Assembly (NCBI GenBank): GCA_044376115.1
Contig: JBILLK010000024.1
Span: 1-64,000 of the forward strand
Source of the DNA: Polyangiaceae bacterium
Lineage (GTDB): Bacteria; Myxococcota_A; Polyangia; Polyangiales; Polyangiaceae
Direction of reading: 5' to 3'
Length of the DNA: 64,000 nucleotides
Shown here: piece after piece, positions 9,774-18,270 of the stretch
Layout: each line of letters begins with the position of its first letter
How positions within the stretch are numbered: position 1 is the stretch's first letter
Program-made: the position numbers and the translations under genes
Notes under the pieces: model-generated
The model's database searches: none
What the model saw: the letters and a program-made list of their open reading frames with translations, nothing else
What the model was told of the DNA's origin: nothing

Positions 9774-9842
9774 ATCGGTAGCACTCGGTCCGGCGAGTAG
9801 GGCCGTTCGGGCGGGGCGTCCAGCGCCAACCCGAACCGTTCA

Positions 9843-10331
9843 CTAGGGCGCCTTGCGCGCAAATTGCGACCAGCTCTCCGGTAGCGGCCCGCCCAAGAGG
9901 CGCTCGGCGCCGTCTCGATCCAAAAGCACAAAGTTGAAATCACCGACGAAGCAACGTTCGCCGGCCTGACGCAGCTCGACGTTGATCGCTACCACGCGCG
10001 AACTATCGCGCACGATGCGCCCCTCGCCCACCGTCTCGACGCCGATGCGCACCGGCCGCTCCAGCTTGGCCGAGAGCGAGGCTGTGAAGCCGAAGCGCCC
10101 CTTGAGGCCGATGATGGTCCAAGCAGCGATCTCGTCGCCGAGCGTGGTCACCAGACCGCCGTGCATGATCCCCGGCGGCCCTTGCAGCTGTTGATGCGGC
10201 ACGAAGCGCGTGCGCACCACGTCGTCTTCCTTCTCAAAGCGCAGATGAAAGCCGATGGGGTGGTTGGGGCTGCAGCCGAAGCAGGCAGAGTCTGCACCGA
10301 ACAGCGCAGGGTCGAGCTGAATCGCGGTCAT
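9843..10331 (-). CDS. PaaI-family (hotdog) thioesterase
   Basis: CFGCSPNHPIG and GIMHGGLVTTLGDE. ATG at 10331 was chosen over the longer ORF start. Confidence 0.88.
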   Translation of the reverse strand: MTAIQLDPALFGADSACFGCSPNHPIGFHLRFEKEDDVVRTRFVPHQQLQGPPGIMHGGLVTTLGDEIAAWTIIGLKGRFGFTASLSAKLERPVRIGVETVGEGRIVRDSSRVVAINVELRQAGERCFVGDFNFVLLDRDGAERLLGGPLPESWSQFARKAP

Positions 10332-10386
10332 GGGCTGCTTTAGCGTGCGCTCGCTGCGACACCAAATGGCTCGAAGGCGAACCGAC

Positions 10387-10421
10387 AAAAAAGAGAAAGC
10401 CCACACGAGGTGGGCTCTCTT
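10387..10421 (-). terminator. Rho-independent terminator downstream of the C1 peptidase gene
   Basis: The minus strand reads AGAGAGCCCAC-ctcgt-GTGGGCTTTCTCTTTTTT. Confidence 0.8.
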
Positions 10422-10449
10422 CGGTTCTTACGCTGCGTAGGCGCGAAGC

Positions 10450-11697
10450 TCAGTAGCCGGGCGGAAGAACGACGTTGCTGAAGGGGACTTCCGAGCCGTT
10501 GCACGAAGCAGCCGACTTCGGATCGGGAGCATCCGGGCACCACTTGATCGGGCCGTCGAGGTAGGTCTGGTACAGGTCGTGGTAACCGGGGAAGCCGGGT
10601 GCGCTGGCGCGGTCATCACGGAGAGCGCCCCAGGAGTTCTTGATGCGCCAGAACACGACCTTCGACGACGTGAGCAGAGCTGCGTCGAGCTTGGCCTTGT
10701 CCTCGGGGATGGTCGGGTCGAGCGTGACGCCCGCCTTGAGCAGACCGAAGTCGGTGGTCTGTGCCTCGTAGTCCTCGAGCACCGTCATGTGCCCGCCCTG
10801 ACGTCCGGGCTTACCTGAAGCCTTGAGCGTGTCGAGGTTGAAGGAACCGGGCTTGTCGCTCTCTTTGCCGGCCATGGCGTTGAAGTCCACCGACCAGGTG
10901 ATGATCACCGGCTGGCGGTCATGCAGAGCGCGCTGCGTGCGAATCTGGAACTTGCGTTGCTCGCTGGAGCTCCAGGGGTAGCTGACCGTGCGCCACTCAT
11001 CGACGGCGACCTTGAGCGTGGTGTTCTTGACCGTCGACTTGGTCGGGTCCGACTTGCGCTCGGTGTACTGAACCTTGAAGTCTTTGGCCTTGATGATCGG
11101 CAGGCCCTTGTTGCTGGCGTTGGTCTTGAAAGTCTTCTTGCCGACACCGAAGGCCTTTTCGAGCGTGGCGCGGACCTCGGGGGTGAGGCCCCAGGCTTCA
11201 TCGAGAACCTGACGAACCAACTTGCGATCCGTGCGAGCGGAGGCGGTCGCGAGACGGCCGGTCTTGAGCTCGGCTTGGATCTTGGTGAGGGCGGTGCTCT
11301 GACGGCTGCTCATCTCACCGACGGCGTCTTCCTTGATGAAGTCGGCCTCGCTCATCAGCCCGCGTTCGCGAATGATCTCGAAGGCGGTGGACTCGAAGCC
11401 GCCGGTCTCGAGCTCGTCGCCGGACATGGTCAGGATCTCCCCGTACCAGTGCCAGTAGGTCCAATAGGATTGCGAGATGTCGAACTCCTCGCCGGTGGCA
11501 GTGAGGTGCATCGACTCGACCCACGAAGCGGTGGCATAGAGCCAGCAGTTACCGATCGACTGACGCTCGACGTCGGTCTGGTTGACGTCGGTTATGTTCT
11601 CGCTGTTGGAGCCCGTGTCATCGCAGCCAGAAACAAAGGCCGCACAGGCAAGGAAGGAAGCGGCGAGGAAGGACCGTGACCAGCTTAGGAGTCGCAT
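10450..11697 (-). CDS. Papain-like (C1) cysteine peptidase lipoprotein
   Basis: Lipobox VSGC and catalytic motifs QSIGNCW, GHMTV and KNSWG. Confidence 0.85.
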   Translation of the reverse strand: MRLLSWSRSFLAASFLACAAFVSGCDDTGSNSENITDVNQTDVERQSIGNCWLYATASWVESMHLTATGEEFDISQSYWTYWHWYGEILTMSGDELETGGFESTAFEIIRERGLMSEADFIKEDAVGEMSSRQSTALTKIQAELKTGRLATASARTDRKLVRQVLDEAWGLTPEVRATLEKAFGVGKKTFKTNASNKGLPIIKAKDFKVQYTERKSDPTKSTVKNTTLKVAVDEWRTVSYPWSSSEQRKFQIRTQRALHDRQPVIITWSVDFNAMAGKESDKPGSFNLDTLKASGKPGRQGGHMTVLEDYEAQTTDFGLLKAGVTLDPTIPEDKAKLDAALLTSSKVVFWRIKNSWGALRDDRASAPGFPGYHDLYQTYLDGPIKWCPDAPDPKSAASCNGSEVPFSNVVLPPGY

Positions 11698-11796
11698 GCC
11701 GGCCACCTAAGCACACATCAGGCCACCCGTTAAGTCCCTCAATTGCCGCAAAACTTGGCCTTTCCAAGTACCGGGGGTGGGTGAAGGACAAGGTAG

Positions 11797-11815
11797 GATG
11801 GATCATTGATCCATC
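11797..11815. promoter_or_regulatory. Perfect 9-bp inverted repeat (candidate operator or short hairpin)
   Basis: GATGGATCA-T-TGATCCATC, about 100 bp upstream of the C1 peptidase start and 3 bp after the monooxygenase stop. Confidence 0.4.
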
Positions 11816-11818
11816 AGG

Positions 11819-13144
11819 TCACTGACAATCCGCGGAGGCGCTGGGCAGCAGCCAATGCCATTGGCTGGCGGTCACCCGGGGGTAATACGAGACGAAGTTG
11901 AAGCACATCTCGTCGGCCGTATCCTCGCCGAAGTTGGCGGTCTGCGAGGTGGTGTTTTCCCAGGTGCAGGTGGTTCGGACGGTGTCTCCGATCTCGAGCG
12001 GGATGTTGTCGTTCGGGTAGGTGATTTGGTACTCGAAGTCGTAGTTGGGTACGTCAGCGAGCGTCACCACGCTGCCATCGGCCTTCTCGATCACGCTCTC
12101 GAACTTGCGCCCGAGCTGATGCATGTGCGGCCAGGACTGGAAGATGGTCACCGGGAAGAACGGCTCGACCACTGCCGGGACATCCAATGAGCAGGTGGTC
12201 TCGGTGGTGGCGTTGGGCGGGAGGGGGGCGAACTGAGTGCCACCGAAGGCCACGACGTCTGCGTCATTGGGGCGTAGCTCGGTGGTCGTGCACAAGTCGA
12301 TGCCGGAGGCGTCGGTCTCACCGACGAGGCCTTGCACGTTGTTGTAGTGAATCTGAATCACGTAGTGGCCCGGATCATTCGGCCCAAGGGGAAAGCCGGC
12401 CTCCTGCGGCAACTCGAGCGCCGGGGTTCCGGGCCCCCAGGCGTAAACCAACTTCCAATCGAGGTTGACGAAGTTGCAAGGCTCGCCGTTGGCGATCACA
12501 GGCTCGGGAGACTGCAAGAACAGGATGTGGTGGAGGATCTTCTCGTTGTCGATCTTGGGCGCGATGGCGGTGATGTGGCGCGCAACGTCGCTGGGAGCTT
12601 CAACGCCGAAGCACAGATAGAGATCGGCCTCATCAGCGGGCATCTCGAACGGAGTCGCCGGCTTGAGCGAGATGTCGGGCACACAGTTGACGGTGACGCC
12701 GCCGCCAGCGCCGCCTGCTCCGCCTTCACCACCACAATTCTCCTCGCTCGCCGGCATGCCCGCTGCGACGTAGTTCTCGAGCACCGCGAGCTCCGCTGCG
12801 TCCAGCGGCAAACTCGGCGGGGGCGGCATCGGAGACGCCGTGTCGGACACGCGCGCGACCATCGCCTCACCAACGGTGGCCGCGCTGTTCGCCACCGGAG
12901 CGGCCAAAAGGTCGGCGCGCGTAACCAGCGGCATCGGCGCGCCGAACTTCGGTGTAGCGGAGTGGCAGCTTTGACAACGCTGCTCGAGGATCTCTTGCAC
13001 ATCACACGGCAGACCGCTGGCGCTGGGAGCTCCGCCTGCTCCGCCTGCACCACCAGCACCGCCCGTGCCTGTTGTTCCATCATCCGAACAACCGAGCGCG
13101 ACCAGGAGACCAGCGAGACCGAGCGTGCGAGCTTGAAACAGCAT
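11819..13144 (-). CDS. Copper type II ascorbate-dependent monooxygenase (PHM/DBH-like) lipoprotein with an N-terminal CxxCH
   Basis: Lipobox ALGC, CQSCH, and Cu-ligand motifs LHHIL, QIHY, PHMH and DEMCF. Confidence 0.85.
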   Translation of the reverse strand: MLFQARTLGLAGLLVALGCSDDGTTGTGGAGGAGGAGGAPSASGLPCDVQEILEQRCQSCHSATPKFGAPMPLVTRADLLAAPVANSAATVGEAMVARVSDTASPMPPPPSLPLDAAELAVLENYVAAGMPASEENCGGEGGAGGAGGGVTVNCVPDISLKPATPFEMPADEADLYLCFGVEAPSDVARHITAIAPKIDNEKILHHILFLQSPEPVIANGEPCNFVNLDWKLVYAWGPGTPALELPQEAGFPLGPNDPGHYVIQIHYNNVQGLVGETDASGIDLCTTTELRPNDADVVAFGGTQFAPLPPNATTETTCSLDVPAVVEPFFPVTIFQSWPHMHQLGRKFESVIEKADGSVVTLADVPNYDFEYQITYPNDNIPLEIGDTVRTTCTWENTTSQTANFGEDTADEMCFNFVSYYPRVTASQWHWLLPSASADCQ

Positions 13145-13169
13145 GCCCGCAGCCTACCAGAGCTTCGGC

Positions 13170-14432
13170 CTAGAAGCTGCTCCGCGCATCGAACACCAAG
13201 CGTCCTCGAACGTAGGTTCGCGCCACCGGTGCGAGCTCGGCCCCAAAGCCCGCCAGACGCACAGCGACCTCCACGTCGAGGCAGGGAAGCTTGGGCGCCA
13301 AAAGCACGAAATCAGCGTCTTTCCCGGGCTCGAGCGAGCCAACCTTGTCGGCCAGACCAAGGGCGCGGGCGCCCTCCAGCGTCGCCCGTTCAAACAGCGC
13401 CGACGCGCTCACATTGACGCCAACTTCTCGCGCCGTGTCGAAGGCATACGAGCTCGCGCGCCGCAGATCGAAGCTGCGCCCAGCTGCCACGTCGCTCCCA
13501 AGGCCGGTTCGAATGCCGTGCGCCACGGCCTTGCCGAGGTTGAACTTGCCGCTGCCCAAGAAGGCGTTCGAGTCCGGGCAGTGGGCGATCGCCGCGCCGC
13601 TGGCCGCGAGCCGCTCCCACTCGGAGGCGGTCAAGTGGATCGCGTGAGCGAGGATGGTGCGGCTCGTGAGCAGCCCGACCGCCTCGTACACGCCGAGGTA
13701 ATCCGCAGCGAACGGGTGCTCGATCAACGTCTCTTCGCCTTCGCGGGCGTTCTCCGAGACGTGCGTTTGAATCGGCAATTGCAGCTCCGCCGCGAGCGCG
13801 GCCGCTCCTTCGAGCAAAGGGCGCGAGCAGCTGAGCGCGAAGCGCGGAGTGACCGCAAAGCGGATCAGCCCGTCGGCGGCGCCGTGAAAACGCTGCGCCA
13901 ACTCACGAGAGCTCTGCAAGGCCGCGTCCGCCGCCAAACGCAACGCCGGTGGGCAGTTCTGATCCATCAGCGTGAGACCGAGCGTCGCGCGGAAGCCGCG
14001 CTCGAGGCAGATCTCGAAGGTGCGTTCAGTCGCGGCCGGGTGGGAGGTCGCGAAGGCCATGAAGGTGGTGGTCCCGACGCTGCCGCAACAATCGAGAAAC
14101 TGGTGCGCGACCTGCGCCGCATAGTCGTTGTCAGCGAAGCGCGCCTCCTCGGGAAAAACCGTCGAGCCCAACCACTCGAGCAGCGGGCCAGAGGCCGAGC
14201 CGATCACGCGGGTTTGAGGCACGTGCAGGTGCGTATCGACGAAGCCGGGGACGATCAACTGGCCGCGAAGATCCTGCAGTAGGCCGTGTGCGTGCTCTCC
14301 CCGATAGGCGCTGACGCTGGCGATGCGACCTTCCGGATCCACCTCCAGCACGGCGTCCGGAATGAACTGCAGGCCGCCCGACTCGAGCGGGGTCAACAGC
14401 GCTGCCCGGTACCTTCGAATCGGATTTGCCAT
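13170..14432 (-). CDS. guaD: Guanine deaminase (amidohydrolase family)
   Basis: PGFVDTHLHVPQ, LLEWL..TVFPEE, AVTPRFALSCS, QTHVSEN, HCPDSN and GSDVAAG. Confidence 0.88.
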   Translation of the reverse strand: MANPIRRYRAALLTPLESGGLQFIPDAVLEVDPEGRIASVSAYRGEHAHGLLQDLRGQLIVPGFVDTHLHVPQTRVIGSASGPLLEWLGSTVFPEEARFADNDYAAQVAHQFLDCCGSVGTTTFMAFATSHPAATERTFEICLERGFRATLGLTLMDQNCPPALRLAADAALQSSRELAQRFHGAADGLIRFAVTPRFALSCSRPLLEGAAALAAELQLPIQTHVSENAREGEETLIEHPFAADYLGVYEAVGLLTSRTILAHAIHLTASEWERLAASGAAIAHCPDSNAFLGSGKFNLGKAVAHGIRTGLGSDVAAGRSFDLRRASSYAFDTAREVGVNVSASALFERATLEGARALGLADKVGSLEPGKDADFVLLAPKLPCLDVEVAVRLAGFGAELAPVARTYVRGRLVFDARSSF

Positions 14433-14433
14433 G

Positions 14434-14916
14434 TTAGGGTCGCAACAAATCAGCCAGAGAGACCCAGCCTAGGTTCGGCGCATCCGCCTTGTTTTTGCTC
14501 GGGGCCATCACCAAAACCCAGCCGTCTTGCTCTTGCATGACGATCAGATGCGAGCCCTTCTTGGCCTCGAGCACGACCTTGGAGCTGGCCTTCGGCTCGG
14601 CGCGCAGAGAGAGCGCGCGCGGTGCCATCACCAGCTCCACCTCGTCGTTGGCTGCACCCGGCCCAAGCTCGAAGCCGTGGCCCTCACGACCAAACGCCGG
14701 CTCTTTCGGCGCGAGTGGATGCGGTGCTGGACCTTCTGGTTGCACGAGCGTTACTTCGGTGACTCCCAGACCGCGCAGCACCGCCGGAGCGCCGGTGAAA
14801 ACGAGCAGCCCCGCCGCACCGAGGAGAAAGAGCCAGGCCGCCGCGAGCATCGGCCCGGGCGCGAGCTTGAACGGCGCCCCAGCAGGTTGTGCTCCAAGCT
14901 GCGGTTGAGCCGTCAT
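14434..14916 (-). CDS. Membrane-anchored SH3b-like domain protein
   Basis: A TM segment followed by LSLRAEPKASSKVV...GWVLV...GWVS, an SH3b pattern. Confidence 0.7.
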   Translation of the reverse strand: MTAQPQLGAQPAGAPFKLAPGPMLAAAWLFLLGAAGLLVFTGAPAVLRGLGVTEVTLVQPEGPAPHPLAPKEPAFGREGHGFELGPGAANDEVELVMAPRALSLRAEPKASSKVVLEAKKGSHLIVMQEQDGWVLVMAPSKNKADAPNLGWVSLADLLRP

Positions 14917-14956
14917 TCAACGCCGTTGTAGACGGACCAGCCTAGGACACGCAAGC

Positions 14957-16009
14957 TCAGTTGGGCCTCGCGACGTCTCGCGACGGGTCCAAGTTGGTGC
15001 GCGGCATCGCCTCTTCCCCTGCGTCTTGACGCGGTCCCTTGGGTGCGTCGGAGCAACAGCGGAAGCCCTGTTGGTAGAAGACGTGGTTCTCGTCGTGCGA
15101 ACGCGTCGACGGGCGACAACGCGTGCGCACCGGGCCCCAGTAGCCGCCCTTCAGAATGCTCGGCCGCTCGCCCTCGCGCGTGCTGGTCGTCCACTCGTCG
15201 ATGTTGCCGGTGAGATCGTAGACGCCAAAGACGCTCTTGCACTCTGGCCGCCCTCCTGAAGGGACGCCTTGCCAAAGCCGATCCATCTCGAGCATGGCCT
15301 CGAAGCTGCCGCGCGACTGCATCGACTTCTCGTTGAAGGCCTTCCACTTCCCGTCGATCGGACACTTCTCCGGCGACCGAACGTAGCCGTAAGGGTAAGG
15401 CGTGGCCTCCTCACCTTCACAGGCGAAGGTCCACTCCTCTTCGTTGCAGAGCCGCTTTCCTTGCGCCTGACATTTCTGCTCGGCCTCGTAGAAGGTGACG
15501 AAGATCATCGGGTTGACGCCGCGCCGATTGGGATACTCGAAGCGATCCATGCAGTAGTGCATGGGTTTGATCGGCAGGTCTTTGCTCAGGGCGAGCCATT
15601 TGTCGCGGTCGAACTCGGCGCAACGCTCGGGATACTCTTTGGTGATCCACTTGGTGCAGGTGCGCTTCTGCATCTCTTCGACGGTGTTTGGATCGAAGAG
15701 GCTGCGGCGCGAGATGTCCGACTTCATCTTGCCTTGCACCTCGACCATGCCGTCGGCGCAGTTACCGCGCGTGGCCTCGAGCTTGTCGGTGATGCGCGGG
15801 TCTTCACCCTCGGCGCCAACGATCTGCCAGTGCTTGCCGTCCACCAGCTGCCATTCCCGCGTGGGCTGCTTGGGCTTTTGATGCGCCCCCACCATTAGTT
15901 CAGGCGGAAGCTCTCCCGCCGAAAGCCGCACCACGAACGCGCCGAGCGCCGTGACGCCCAACGCAAACCCGACAGCTACGAACACTCGGAAAGACACGCT
16001 TCGTGTCAT
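14957..16009 (-). CDS. FGE-sulfatase (SUMF1/EgtB/PvdO)-fold protein
   Basis: MDRFEYPN, KRLCNEEEWTFAC, GVYDLTGNIDEW, LKGGYW and GFRCC. Confidence 0.9.
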   Translation of the reverse strand: MTRSVSFRVFVAVGFALGVTALGAFVVRLSAGELPPELMVGAHQKPKQPTREWQLVDGKHWQIVGAEGEDPRITDKLEATRGNCADGMVEVQGKMKSDISRRSLFDPNTVEEMQKRTCTKWITKEYPERCAEFDRDKWLALSKDLPIKPMHYCMDRFEYPNRRGVNPMIFVTFYEAEQKCQAQGKRLCNEEEWTFACEGEEATPYPYGYVRSPEKCPIDGKWKAFNEKSMQSRGSFEAMLEMDRLWQGVPSGGRPECKSVFGVYDLTGNIDEWTTSTREGERPSILKGGYWGPVRTRCRPSTRSHDENHVFYQQGFRCCSDAPKGPRQDAGEEAMPRTNLDPSRDVARPN

Positions 16010-16079
16010 CGTGGTACTCGACGAAAGAGGAAGTCAAAAAACGCGATACGAAGTGTCGAGTATAGCGCGCATCCCCAAA

Positions 16080-18230
16080 CTAACGACGCGCATCTCGGTC
16101 TACTTTTCGAGGTAACGACACATCCAGCAAAGCGGATAGCTCGCGCAGCTTCTGCGGCTCGCTTTCGGATCGATCCTTTGTCTCGCCCGGGTCTTCCTTC
16201 AGATCGAAGAGCAGCAAGCGTTGCTTGCCTTTGCGTTCGACCGAGATGAGTTTCCAGGGGAAAACCACGATCCCTCGGCGCCGATGGGTCTGCATCAAGA
16301 CCGGTGCCGGCTTGGCCGTCGCCAGCAGCGGGTCCTCGGCGTTGGCTTGCGCGCCGCTGCGACTGAGGATCAGGTCGGTCACGCTGGAGACACTGACCGC
16401 GCGCTCCGTGACGCGAGCAGGCTCGATGCCGGGGCCGACCACGACCAGCGGCACACGCACGTGCTCGTTGGTCAGCTCTTGGCGTGTGCCCGTCTTGCTG
16501 CGCTCACCCAGCGACTCTCCGTACGTACCGTGCACGACGAGCAACGTCTTTCCGGCCATCGGGCTCTTCTCGATCGCCCGGTCGATGTCGCCCACGATGC
16601 GATCGACGAAGGCCACCTCGCTGTCGTAGGCACCACCTTCTCCACGACCGAACTCGAGCCCGTCGTGACGACGCCACTCTTCATGGGCGTCGAACAGGTG
16701 CACCCAGATGAACTGCGGTTTCGACTGCGCGGTGACCTTCTCGACCAGGGCGCGGAAGGAGCGCAAGGCGAGCGGCCCAGTGACACCGCGTTCAGGGTGC
16801 TCTTCACGGAAGACCTCCTCGAAGTTGGAGAAGCCCTGAGCGAAGCCGCGCTCCCGCGAGAGCCATTGAAAGCAGCTGATGCCGTGCGTCTCGTAACCGG
16901 TCGCCGTCATGCGCTCGGCCAGCGTCTGCGCCTCATCTTTCAGGGTGGGCCACTGCCGACGATCTTTGGGCGTCTCGCTATAGCTGACGCCGCTGAAGAA
17001 AGGCATCACCGCGCGCTGCGGATCACTGGCCGAAGCGAAGGCCTGCTCGAACACGACACCGCGAGCCGCGAGCGCCTGCAGCTCTTTGGTGGTCTCTTTG
17101 TTGTAGCCGTACAAGCTCGTGCGATCGGCGCGGAGCGACTCGAGGGTGACCATCACCACGTGCGGCTTGCTGCTCGGCGGAGCGGCGACCTTGGTAGGCG
17201 GCGCCGTTACCGGCAGCTCGGCCTTCACCATCAGCTCCTCCTTGGGCCCAGCGTCCTGACCATCACAGTCCTGATCCACGCCGTCACCCGGATGATCGAC
17301 AGCGCCTGGGAAACGAAGCGCGTCCCCGTCATCACAATCTTGCCCACCGAAGTGACTACCAACGCCGTCCCCGTCGCGATCCGTCCAGCGCTCGAGCCGG
17401 CGGAGCAGCGTGGAAGCGAGCCCGCCACCCTTTTGCATGCTGGCCGAGAGCGGCGCCGAGAGCGTCAACCAAAAGACGCCGACCACGAAGCACGCTGCCG
17501 CAGCGATCACACCAAAACGACGCAAGAGCGAGCGCACCGTCTCGCCCAGCTCGACCGAAAGCACCGCTGCCGAAACCACCGTGAGCAAGAGCCCATCGAT
17601 CACCGCAGCGTTGACCAGCGGGGCTTCTTGCGACGGGTCCTTGGCGCGCAAGATGAAGATCCCCAAGAGCGCCGTTGGCAACACAGCGACCACGGCGAAC
17701 AGCGCGCCGACCGCGCGATCCGGAAGGCCGCGCGCGACCAGCCAACGACCGGTAGCGACGATGCGCACGGCGACCAACACCGAGACCACCACGCAGCCCG
17801 CCGAAACCACGCCAAACGTAGCCCCACCGAGCCCGCGGTGATTGGTGCCGTCTTTCAGAATGGCGCCGAGCGCCAGCAGCATGGGAGCCAGCAAGCCGAC
17901 GAACAAAGCGACGGTTGCGCCTTGCGCCGCGCCCGCCGAGTTGCCGGTCACCAGCCGATAACCGCGGCCGGCTGCGCGACTGATGGCGATGCCGAGGGCG
18001 ACCGCCGGAAGCAGCACAGCGGTGGCGACCAGCACAGCTCCGAGCGGCGAACCGCCCGCACGATACGTGCGAGTAGCCGCAGGGATTGCGCCTACCAGCG
18101 CAGCGGCGAGCGCGAGCGCCCAGGTCGGACCCACGAGCTCGACAAAGCGTGCTGCGCGACCGTTCGGGAGCCCCGGATTCGCTCGTGCAGCCGGCTCGGC
18201 TGAACGTCCGTCGTCATCGGGCGATGCCAT
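16080..18230 (-). CDS. Membrane-anchored sulfatase/alkaline-phosphatase-superfamily protein
   Basis: Several N-terminal TM helices, a DRDGDG...DCDD...DGVDQDCDG metal-binding repeat, PHVVMVTLESLRAD, FIWVHLFDAH, YDSEVAFVD and LFDLKEDPGE. Confidence 0.85.
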   Translation of the reverse strand: MASPDDDGRSAEPAARANPGLPNGRAARFVELVGPTWALALAAALVGAIPAATRTYRAGGSPLGAVLVATAVLLPAVALGIAISRAAGRGYRLVTGNSAGAAQGATVALFVGLLAPMLLALGAILKDGTNHRGLGGATFGVVSAGCVVVSVLVAVRIVATGRWLVARGLPDRAVGALFAVVAVLPTALLGIFILRAKDPSQEAPLVNAAVIDGLLLTVVSAAVLSVELGETVRSLLRRFGVIAAAACFVVGVFWLTLSAPLSASMQKGGGLASTLLRRLERWTDRDGDGVGSHFGGQDCDDGDALRFPGAVDHPGDGVDQDCDGQDAGPKEELMVKAELPVTAPPTKVAAPPSSKPHVVMVTLESLRADRTSLYGYNKETTKELQALAARGVVFEQAFASASDPQRAVMPFFSGVSYSETPKDRRQWPTLKDEAQTLAERMTATGYETHGISCFQWLSRERGFAQGFSNFEEVFREEHPERGVTGPLALRSFRALVEKVTAQSKPQFIWVHLFDAHEEWRRHDGLEFGRGEGGAYDSEVAFVDRIVGDIDRAIEKSPMAGKTLLVVHGTYGESLGERSKTGTRQELTNEHVRVPLVVVGPGIEPARVTERAVSVSSVTDLILSRSGAQANAEDPLLATAKPAPVLMQTHRRRGIVVFPWKLISVERKGKQRLLLFDLKEDPGETKDRSESEPQKLRELSALLDVSLPRKVDRDARR

Positions 18231-18270
18231 GGAGGCTGGGCGTTTAGCACCCTTGGATTGAAAGGACCAG

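Noticed and set aside
16221..18203. Long antisense ORFs (e.g. 660 aa here, also 13143-14282 and 52378-53427)
   Set aside because: These are shadow frames of real genes, expected in high-GC DNA, and carry no motifs.
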